Source: Bacteroidota bacterium
Lineage (GTDB): Bacteria > Bacteroidota > Bacteroidia > Bacteroidales > PUMT01
Reading direction: 5' to 3'
Assembly: GCA_003554865.1 (NCBI GenBank)
Contig: PWHJ01000088.1
Span: forward strand, 90,341 to 154,340
Length of the DNA stretch: 64,000 bases
In this document: piece after piece, positions 1-7,136 of the stretch
Layout: the number at the start of each line of letters is the position of its first letter
How positions within the stretch are numbered: position 1 is the first letter of the stretch
The notes under the pieces: generated by a model
What the model was told of the DNA's origin: nothing
Database searches by the model: none
What the model saw: the letters and a program-made list of their open reading frames with translations, nothing else
Made by a program: the position numbers and the translations under genes

Positions 1-476
1 GACATACCCCCTTCTGCCGGCACATTGAACAGCTGCCCCTTGAATGGGTTAAAGCTGTACCTGCGTGAGCGGTAGGTAATGTTTTCCCCGTCAGGAGTCC
101 ATCCCATTACGATATTGTTCGGTCCCATCCGGTCGCCCAGGTCATCCCTGGAAAGGGTAGCAGTGTAGGTCAGCCTTTCAGGCTCTCCTCCGGCTGAAGG
201 AATGCGGAATACCTCAGTGTTGCCGTCATACTGGCCGGTAAAGGCAATATGCTCCCCGTCCGGAGAAAATCTGGGAAACATCTCGTAGCCGTCATGACTG
301 GTCAGTTTCCTTGCAACTCCACCCGAACTGTCAACTGTGTACAGATTACCTGCATATGAAAAGACTATCCGGTCGCCGTGAATAGCCGGGAACCTTAACA
401 GACGGGTCTCTTCCCCTGCATTTGCCTGGAAAAGGAAAAAGCAGAGCAGTAAAGCGGTTAATGATTTTTTGATCAT
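1..476 (-). CDS. Tricorn-protease-like (S41-type) secreted peptidase, N-terminal fragment; gene runs off the window start
   Basis: Reverse-strand translation from ATG (476-474) gives MIKKSLTALLLCFFLFQANAGEETRLLRFPAIHGDRIVFSYAGNLYTVDSSGGVARKLTSHDGYEMFPRFSPDGEHIAF... This is a signal peptide plus the conserved N-terminal beta-propeller segment of bacterial tricorn protease homologues. The frame stays open to base 1. It is absent from the ORF track because it has no stop in the window. Confidence 0.65.
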   Translation of the reverse strand, partial: MIKKSLTALLLCFFLFQANAGEETRLLRFPAIHGDRIVFSYAGNLYTVDSSGGVARKLTSHDGYEMFPRFSPDGEHIAFTGQYDGNTEVFRIPSAGGEPERLTYTATLSRDDLGDRMGPNNIVMGWTPDGENITYRSRRYSFNPFKGQLFNVPAEGGM

Positions 477-703
477 GGTTGTTTTAAAATTAAAAGTTAT
501 TGATTGTGTGAATTTAATGACGGGCTAAACGACAAGGCTGATGCGCCGGCGGAAAAGAATTGTGGAGTCTCATACCTTTTAGTAAAGTCAGTATATTAAG
601 TAAAGTGAAAAGATAAATATAATTCAAATTTGATTTATTTAAAAAAAAATCGTTCGCGCTTATCTGAACGGCACTTTTTTTGATTATTGGCTGCAAATAT
701 TCC

Positions 704-711
704 TATATTTG
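704..711 (+). promoter_or_regulatory. Candidate Bacteroidota -7 promoter box (TATATTTG)
   Basis: Exact match to the TAnnTTTG -7 consensus of the Bacteroidota primary sigma factor, 45 nt upstream of the ATG at 756. It lies inside the 687-start ORF-track extension, which argues for the 756 start. Confidence 0.4.
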
Positions 712-755
712 CAGATCATCTTTTATTTTTACCCCGCAAATTTTATGTAGTAATA

Positions 756-3700
756 ATGATAAGGTCTGTTGCTTTTTGTTCAATTATTGTGTCGGCTTTT
801 ATTTTTCTCTCCTCACTTCATGCTCCAAGGCTTATAGAGTTAAGGAGCGGCGATCCTCCGTTCCTCGGTGAGTCTTCAGAGTGGGTGGATTCGGTTATGG
901 ACTCCATGACGCTGCGGGAAAAAATAGGTCAGTTGTTTATGGTTGCTGCCTATTCAAACGGCGATGATGACCATGTGGAAGAGATATCCAATCTGGTGTC
1001 GGAGTATAATGTCGGTGGACTGATATTTTTTCAGGGCGGACCCAAAAGACAGGCAAAGCTGACCAACCATTACCAGTCGATTGCAAAAACTCCCCTAATG
1101 ATCGGGATGGATGCTGAATGGGGACTGGGAATGCGGCTTGACAGCACTCTGACCTATCCCAGGCAGATGAGCCTTGGCGGGATTCAAAATGATGAGCTTA
1201 TCTATTACATGGGGGCCGAAATAGGACGCCAATTAAGGCGTCTTGGCGTGCATGTGAATTTTGCCCCGGTTCTCGATGTTAACAATAACCCGGATAACCC
1301 GGTGATAGGAAGCCGTTCCTTTGGTGAGGATAAGTGGAGTGTTGCAAGGAAAGGCTTTTTCTATATGAAAGGCTTGCAGGATAACAATGTTATCTCTGTT
1401 GGAAAACATTTTCCCGGTCATGGCGACACCGATGTTGACTCTCATTACGACCTCCCGGTTATTATGCACAGTCGCGAAAGACTGGACTCAATCGAGCTTT
1501 TCCCTTTCAGACATCTCATTAATAACGGTATAGGGGGAATGATGACTGCACATATCCATATGCCGCTTCTGGACGCCACACCCGATATGGCATCCACATT
1601 GTCTCCCAAAATAATCAACGAGCTGCTTATTAACCAAATGGGGTTTAGTGGACTGGTTTTTACGGATGCATTAAACATGAAGGGTGTAAGTGATTATTTT
1701 GCACCCGGCACCCTGGAGCTTATGTCTCTTGTGGCGGGCAATGATATGCTTGTTTTTCCCGAGGATGTCCCGAAGGCCGTTGATATGATCGGGAATGAGG
1801 TAAAAAAGGGTAATTTTCCAAAGGAGGAGATTAAAAGGCGTTGCAGAAAAATACTGAAGGCCAAGTATTGGCTGGACCTGGATAAACCACAAAAAGTTGA
1901 GGTGGATAATCTCTACGAAGATCTTAACGGACCTGACTCGTATTTGCTGAAACAAGAATTAATTGAAGAATCGCTTGTATTGGTTAAAAACCCGGATAGC
2001 CTGATCCCTTTTAAACGTCTTGATACACTTAATTTTGCTTCGGTGGCAATTGGAAGCGAAGAAAAAAATGAATTTCAAAAGACCCTTTCGCTTTATGCAC
2101 CCGTGGATCATTTCAATATAGAGAAGGATGCCTGTCCAAAGGAGTGGGATGCTCTTGCCCGAATGCTGGAAGAGTATAACATGGTTGTTGCGGGACTTCA
2201 TTCAACAAACAGAAATGTTGAGGAAAATTTTGGTGTTACTTGCCAGGTTTATGAGTTTGTTAAAAATATCTCCCGGAAAAACAATGTAGTCCTGACCGTT
2301 TTCGGCAGTCCTTATATTTTAAACTGCCTCGATGGATTAAATGAGCTTTCTTCGCTGGTTGTTGCTTATGAAGATGACAAAAAATACTGCAACTTTGCCG
2401 GGCAAATGCTTTTTGGTGGTATTGGCTCTAAAGGCAGTCTGCCGGTTAACAGCGGAGGATTCAAGATAGGTACGGGCTACATAAGCCCCCGGCAGACAAG
2501 ATTGAAGTACTCAGTGCCGGAAGAGGCGGGAATGGATTCGGAAAAGCTTCAGGAGATTGACTCGATAATTGCTGAAATGATTGAGACGGGAGCTGCTCCC
2601 GGAGCACAGGTTTTTGTCGCCAGGAAAGGTATGGTTGTCTACAATAAGGCTTTCGGGAACCATACTTATTACCCGGAAAGAGCGGTTAAAAACACTGATT
2701 TGTATGATCTGGCCTCGGTAACCAAAATTGCCGGCACTTTGCCGGTTCTTATGAAGCTTGCCGGTGAAGGGGAGATTGATATTTCAAATACCCTTGGCCA
2801 CTACCTGCCTTTTCTTGAAGGGACAAACAAGGAAGGACTTGTTTTACGTGATGTGCTCACTCATCAGGCCGGCCTGAAACCATGGATTCCTTTTCATTTT
2901 TCTTTTTTTGAAAGTTATATTCCGGGAGAGGAGACTTTCTCTTCCTCTTTTTCCGAGGAGTTCCCCTACCGTTTGGCTGCCGGATATTATCTGAACCGGA
3001 ATTATAAGTTGGCAGACAATGTTTTCAGCAGGCTTCCCTCAAGGGACTTCACTATTCCCGTGGCCGGCGGAATGTACATGAATAATGCATACAGGGATAC
3101 CATATACTCGCAAATAGAGGAATCGGAAGTTTCCGGGAGAAAAGAATACAATTACAGCGATCTTGGTTATTATTACATTAAGGATATTGTTGAAAAGGTA
3201 TCGGGAACACCTGTTGAGATGTATTTGCAGGAGCATTTCTATGACCGGCTTGGTGCGGGCAGGCTCACTTATTTGCCGCGCAGAAAGTTTGGTGCGCACA
3301 AAATAGTGCCGACCGAAAATGATGTGATTTTCAGAAGGCAATTACTTGATGGCTATGTCCACGATCAGGGTGCTGCATTGCTAGGGGGAGTGGCCGGGCA
3401 TGCCGGACTTTTTTCCAATGCAAACGATCTTGGAAAACTTATGCAAATGTTCCTTCAAAAGGGTGAGTATGGGGGTGATCGTTTTATAAGCAGTGAAGTT
3501 GTTGATTACTTCACTTCGGCACATGAAATTGAAAATAACAACAGAAGAGGGGTAGGTTTTGACAAACCCGAGCCCGACCCTTCAGCGAACGGTCCATCAG
3601 CCGGGGATGCTTCCCCAAAAAGTTACGGTCATTCGGGCTTTACGGGAACCATAGCGTGGGTCGATCCCAAAGAGGAGCTTGTTTATATTTTTCTCTCAAA

Positions 3701-3797
3701 CAGGATTCACCCTGACCAGCATAACAATAAGCTTATAGAAGCTGATATAAGAACCAGGATCCAGCAGGTTGTGTACGATGCTATTTTAAGTGACTGA
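756..3797 (+). CDS. Secreted glycoside hydrolase family 3 (NagZ/BglX-like) fused to a serine beta-lactamase/PBP-fold hydrolase (1013 aa)
   Basis: ORF 687..3797. The ATG at 756 gives MIRSVAFCSIIVSAFIFLSSLHA, a signal peptide. The N-terminal half has GH3 signatures (GMDAEWGLGMR, NFAPVLDVN, KHFPGHGDTDVDSH). The C-terminal half has class-C/AmpH-type motifs: S-V-T-K (SxxK in DLASVTKIAG), YSD (YxN-like) and HSG (YGHSGFTGT). Confidence 0.85.
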   Translation: MIRSVAFCSIIVSAFIFLSSLHAPRLIELRSGDPPFLGESSEWVDSVMDSMTLREKIGQLFMVAAYSNGDDDHVEEISNLVSEYNVGGLIFFQGGPKRQAKLTNHYQSIAKTPLMIGMDAEWGLGMRLDSTLTYPRQMSLGGIQNDELIYYMGAEIGRQLRRLGVHVNFAPVLDVNNNPDNPVIGSRSFGEDKWSVARKGFFYMKGLQDNNVISVGKHFPGHGDTDVDSHYDLPVIMHSRERLDSIELFPFRHLINNGIGGMMTAHIHMPLLDATPDMASTLSPKIINELLINQMGFSGLVFTDALNMKGVSDYFAPGTLELMSLVAGNDMLVFPEDVPKAVDMIGNEVKKGNFPKEEIKRRCRKILKAKYWLDLDKPQKVEVDNLYEDLNGPDSYLLKQELIEESLVLVKNPDSLIPFKRLDTLNFASVAIGSEEKNEFQKTLSLYAPVDHFNIEKDACPKEWDALARMLEEYNMVVAGLHSTNRNVEENFGVTCQVYEFVKNISRKNNVVLTVFGSPYILNCLDGLNELSSLVVAYEDDKKYCNFAGQMLFGGIGSKGSLPVNSGGFKIGTGYISPRQTRLKYSVPEEAGMDSEKLQEIDSIIAEMIETGAAPGAQVFVARKGMVVYNKAFGNHTYYPERAVKNTDLYDLASVTKIAGTLPVLMKLAGEGEIDISNTLGHYLPFLEGTNKEGLVLRDVLTHQAGLKPWIPFHFSFFESYIPGEETFSSSFSEEFPYRLAAGYYLNRNYKLADNVFSRLPSRDFTIPVAGGMYMNNAYRDTIYSQIEESEVSGRKEYNYSDLGYYYIKDIVEKVSGTPVEMYLQEHFYDRLGAGRLTYLPRRKFGAHKIVPTENDVIFRRQLLDGYVHDQGAALLGGVAGHAGLFSNANDLGKLMQMFLQKGEYGGDRFISSEVVDYFTSAHEIENNNRRGVGFDKPEPDPSANGPSAGDASPKSYGHSGFTGTIAWVDPKEELVYIFLSNRIHPDQHNNKLIEADIRTRIQQVVYDAILSD

Positions 3798-3867
3798 AAA
3801 TTTGTATTTTTACCGGAACCGTTTGTACTTATTCTCATTATAAATCCTGTAATAAAAAAAATTGATT

Positions 3868-4278
3868 ATGGAACCTACACATATTGAGCACATTGGAATC
3901 GCTGTGAAAAACCTGGATGAATCTGTAAAATTTTACAGCGAGGTGCTGGGGTTGACTTGCTACAAAATTGAAGAGGTTGCCGAACAGAAAGTGAAAACAG
4001 CTTTTTTCAAAGTGGGTCAGACAAAGATCGAGTTGTTGGAGTCAACCGAACCTGATGGACCCGTGGCAAAATTTATTGAAAAAAAGGGGGAAGGAATTCA
4101 TCATATTGCATTTGCCGTAAAAGATATTGACCGGGCCCTCGAGGATGCACAAGGCAAAGGTGTGAGGTTAATAGATGAAAAACCGCGAAAGGGTGCAGAA
4201 GGACTTGATATAGCTTTCCTGCACCCGAAATCGACCCTTGGAGTGCTCACCGAGCTTTGTGAGGATAAGAACAAGTAA
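3868..4278 (+). CDS. mce: Methylmalonyl-CoA epimerase (VOC/glyoxalase-fold)
   Basis: ORF 3862..4278 starts at TTG; an ATG follows at 3868. The sequence [18 protein letters not shown]...[15 protein letters not shown]...[18 protein letters not shown] is typical of about 135-aa methylmalonyl-CoA epimerases. Confidence 0.8.
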   Translation: MEPTHIEHIGIAVKNLDESVKFYSEVLGLTCYKIEEVAEQKVKTAFFKVGQTKIELLESTEPDGPVAKFIEKKGEGIHHIAFAVKDIDRALEDAQGKGVRLIDEKPRKGAEGLDIAFLHPKSTLGVLTELCEDKNK

Positions 4279-4390
4279 CCACCTGCTTATGCATCCAATG
4301 TTGCGGTATTTATCGGATCGGCCGTTGCAGCAGGAGTATTGCTGAGTTTTTTATTGTAAATTATACATTTGATCTTAAATAAATTAAGTA

Positions 4391-4555
4391 ATGGAAAAAT
4401 ATAAGTGCAAAGTTTGCGGACATACTTATGATCCGGAAAAAGGTGATCCAACTTCAGATGTGGAAGCGGGCACTCCTTTCGATGATTTGCCGTCTGACTG
4501 GACATGTCCTGTTTGCGGGGCAAAAAAAAGCAAGTATAAATTGTTGCAACAGTGA
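4391..4555 (+). CDS. Rubredoxin (54 aa)
   Basis: My own translation: MEKYKCKVCGHTYDPEKGDPTSDVEAGTPFDDLPSDWTCPVCGAKKSKYKLLQQ*. It has the canonical CxxCG...W.CPxCG iron-binding motifs and the YDP/GTPF/DLP core. It is missing from the ORF track because it is under 60 aa. Confidence 0.9.
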   Translation: MEKYKCKVCGHTYDPEKGDPTSDVEAGTPFDDLPSDWTCPVCGAKKSKYKLLQQ

Positions 4556-4634
4556 AAACTGATTTGTTACGGTAACAAAAATTTCATTAACTGTTGTATA
4601 TATCCTTTAATTTTTTTACTTTCGCGCTTGAATT

Positions 4635-4795
4635 TGAAGCCTGTTAGGTGAGGCTACTGAATGAACACAGGCTGCTGCCCAAAAATGTCTAAAGACGCCA
4701 ATGGGTAAAAACAGGCTTGGCCGGATTAAGGCTTAGCATAATGCAGCTTCCCTATGGGATAAGTCATTCAGAGCTAAAACTCAACAAGGGGCAAT
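4635..4795 (+). promoter_or_regulatory. M-box (ykoK-type) magnesium riboswitch aptamer in the mgtE leader
   Basis: Contains the conserved M-box core strings in canonical order: GTTAGGTGAGGCT, GCTGCTGCCCAAAAATGTC, AAGACGCCAATGGGT, TAAGGC, GCTAAAACTC. It sits directly upstream of mgtE, the classical regulated gene. An imperfect -7 box TACTTTCG lies at 4617-4624. Boundaries are approximate to about 10 nt, and the expression platform (4796-4935) is not resolved. Confidence 0.85.
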
Positions 4796-4935
4796 TTTTT
4801 TCCTGCGGCCGCATTTTTTTGTCAGGCTTTAAAAATTGAATATGCCACTTTAAATAAAAGGGGTTTTTTTGTTTTTTCAGTTTCCCCTTAAGCTTCAGGC
4901 AGTATTTTATAAATTGAAAAAGGAGGGTGTTTGCT

Positions 4936-6339
4936 ATGGAAAATACAGAGCTAAGAAATCAGCAGGACCAAAAAATAGCCATAATCATGGGGCTGATAGA
5001 TGAAAACGAAATGGAAGCTTTGACAGCAATTTTGAAAAAAATGCAGGCTGTAGAGGTTGCCGAGATACTTAAAGAACTTACCGAGGAGCAGTTGCTGGAG
5101 GTTCTGCCTGTTTTTGAAGATGAAGATCTGGGTTATATAGCCTCCAACATGGATATCGAGCTTCTTGTTGAGCTTTTTGACAAGGTTGACAGAAGGTTTT
5201 ACGCTTCAATGGTTACAAATATGTCTTCCGACGTACGTGCCGACCTTTACCAGCACCTTGAAAAGGAGAGGCAGCTGGAGTTGCTGCCCTATCTTGACAA
5301 AAAAACACGGGAAGATGTCATACACCTGAGCTCGTACCCTCCTGAAACCGCAGGCAGCATAATGGTTACCGATTTTGCCACAGTAAAGGAAGGAATGACT
5401 GTTGCCCAGGCTTTGGAGAAAATAAGAAAGGATGCGCCTACAAAGAAAATGATCTACTATGTTTATGTAGTTGATGAACATATGAAAATGAAGGGGTTTG
5501 TAACCCTGAAGGATTTGATAATGGCCGAGCCGGGCACACTGGTTAAGGATGTGCTGCATGAGGATTTTATATATGCCGACGTATATGAGGACAGGGAAAG
5601 TGCGGCGGTTAAGATCGAAAAATATGACATGGTTGCCATACCCGTTCTCAACCCGCTGAAACAGCTGGCGGGAATTGTAAGGCACGACGATGCGCTCGAT
5701 GTGATAAGGGCTGAGCATACAGAGGACCTTGAAAAGTTCATGGGTATTGTTCATGATCCCGCGGCTGAAGAGCTTAACTATATGGAAACATCTCCCATTC
5801 AGCATTTCAAGAAAAGGGTGATATGGCTGGCCACACTTTCAATACTTGGTCTTTTGACCGGGATGGTGATTCACAGGTTTGAAGAGGCAATAGCTTCGCT
5901 GGTGGTTCTGGCCCTTTATATGCCCATGGTAGCCGACACAGGCGGGAATACGGGGAGTCAGGCTGCAACGGTGGTTATTCGTGCAATGGCACTCGGACAG
6001 GTTAAGCTTAAGCAATGGGGTAAGATCATTTTCAAAGAGGCAAGAATAAGCATACTGCTGGCCATTGTTATAGGTACAATCACCTTCGGGAAAGTTCTGT
6101 TCCTTTCCTGGGATGTGGCATTGCCGGGTGATTTAACCCTCTCATTTATTGGAGTGGGGATAGCTTTTGCTTTAAGTCTTCAGGTTATTTCCGCAACGCT
6201 AATTGGTGCAAGCCTGCCCTTGATAGTCAGGTCGTTTGGAGGTGACCCGGCTGTTGCCGCGAGTCCGGCTATTACTACACTGGTCGATATTACCGGCCTT
6301 CTCATCTACTTTGGTGTGGCATCATTGCTGTTTTTCTGA
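4936..6339 (+). CDS. mgtE: Magnesium transporter MgtE
   Basis: ORF 4927..6339 starts at GTG; an ATG follows at 4936. It has the N-terminal MgtE_N region, tandem CBS domains, and a C-terminal 5-TM domain with PMVADTGGNTGSQAATVVIRA and ASPAITTLVDITGLLIYF signatures. Confidence 0.9.
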   Translation: MENTELRNQQDQKIAIIMGLIDENEMEALTAILKKMQAVEVAEILKELTEEQLLEVLPVFEDEDLGYIASNMDIELLVELFDKVDRRFYASMVTNMSSDVRADLYQHLEKERQLELLPYLDKKTREDVIHLSSYPPETAGSIMVTDFATVKEGMTVAQALEKIRKDAPTKKMIYYVYVVDEHMKMKGFVTLKDLIMAEPGTLVKDVLHEDFIYADVYEDRESAAVKIEKYDMVAIPVLNPLKQLAGIVRHDDALDVIRAEHTEDLEKFMGIVHDPAAEELNYMETSPIQHFKKRVIWLATLSILGLLTGMVIHRFEEAIASLVVLALYMPMVADTGGNTGSQAATVVIRAMALGQVKLKQWGKIIFKEARISILLAIVIGTITFGKVLFLSWDVALPGDLTLSFIGVGIAFALSLQVISATLIGASLPLIVRSFGGDPAVAASPAITTLVDITGLLIYFGVASLLFF

Positions 6340-6441
6340 GCTTTAAACCTTTTTGGTTAGAGCTTTATGCATTTAGGGTTTGAAGCAAAACCGGCTTCAC
6401 AGTTGTTCACCGGGATGGCCGGCAAAACAGGTTGAGCGGTT

Positions 6442-6918
6442 TTAAAGAAGCTCCTTCACAAAGTAGTAGGTTATGGCAAGTGAGGCGGCCAGTTTCAGTC
6501 CCATACCCAGAAAAAATCCCGCAAAAGAACCCAGTCCCGCTCTGATGGCTTTGCTGCTTTCCGATCCGTGGAGCAGCTCTCCTGCAACGGCCCCTATCAG
6601 CGGACCCACTATAATGCCAAATGGGGGAAAAAGAAATAATCCGGCAAACATGCCGATTGCCGCTCCCCATATACCCTTTTTCGAGCCTCCGAACCTCTTG
6701 GTAGTCCACAAAGGCGCAGCATAGTCCATTAAAGTGGCAATGGCTGCAATAAATGCAAAAAGCACAATAAAGCCGGTCTCAAAAGCAGCAAATTTGGTAA
6801 AGTGAAGTACCAGTAACCCGAAAAAACTTAAAGGCGGTCCGGGTATCACCGGAAGTATGCATCCGGTCAAACCCGTCAGGATAAGCAATATGGCAATTAT
6901 AAGGATTGCAATGTCCAT
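6442..6918 (-). CDS. DUF456-family small integral membrane protein
   Basis: A 158-aa very hydrophobic ORF (MDIAILIIAILLILTGLTGCILPVIPGPPL..., four or more TM segments, Gly-rich). It resembles the DUF456 family. It lies 30 nt downstream of, and co-directional with, the feo genes. Confidence 0.65.
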   Translation of the reverse strand: MDIAILIIAILLILTGLTGCILPVIPGPPLSFFGLLVLHFTKFAAFETGFIVLFAFIAAIATLMDYAAPLWTTKRFGGSKKGIWGAAIGMFAGLFLFPPFGIIVGPLIGAVAGELLHGSESSKAIRAGLGSFAGFFLGMGLKLAASLAITYYFVKELL

Positions 6919-6948
6919 GATTGCAATTTATCAATTTATAATGTAAGT

Positions 6949-7122
6949 TTAATACCTGTTCTGGCTGGCTGGTTTTTCAACGTTAACAGCTGAGCACCCC
7001 TTGCAAGAGTTGCAAATGTTTTCGCCTCCCTTTCTCTTTACCGGAATGAACATCTTAAAAAAGTACACCAACGTGCATACTGCAGCCGACAAAACAATGA
7101 TATGTGTTATAATTTCCTGCAT
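6949..7122 (-). CDS. FeoB-associated Cys-rich small membrane protein (57 aa)
   Basis: My own translation: MQEIITHIIVLSAAVCTLVYFFKMFIPVKRKGGENICNSCKGCSAVNVEKPASQNRY*. It has one TM helix followed by a CxxCxxC cluster. It starts 14 nt after the feoAB stop. This architecture matches the small Cys-rich proteins found after feoB in Bacteroidota. It is under 60 aa, so not in the ORF track. Confidence 0.6.
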   Translation of the reverse strand: MQEIITHIIVLSAAVCTLVYFFKMFIPVKRKGGENICNSCKGCSAVNVEKPASQNRY

Positions 7123-7136
7123 ATTTTAACAAGCGT

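Noticed and set aside
687-755. N-terminal extensions of ORF-track models (687-755, 31310-31369, 40996-41046, 47806-47835, 60098-60124, 9555-9581, 20581-20604)
   Set aside because: In each case a downstream ATG yields the family-typical N-terminus or signal peptide. The extension either overlaps the upstream gene or contains a promoter-like box.
4563-4579. TTTGTTA-CGG-TAACAAA hairpin after the rubredoxin gene as a terminator
   Set aside because: The 7-bp stem is AT-rich and has no following T-run. It is too weak to call.
5206-5805. 199-aa and 92-aa minus-strand ORFs inside mgtE
   Set aside because: They are antisense to a strongly supported MgtE coding frame. They have no recognisable motifs and a low-complexity, odd composition.
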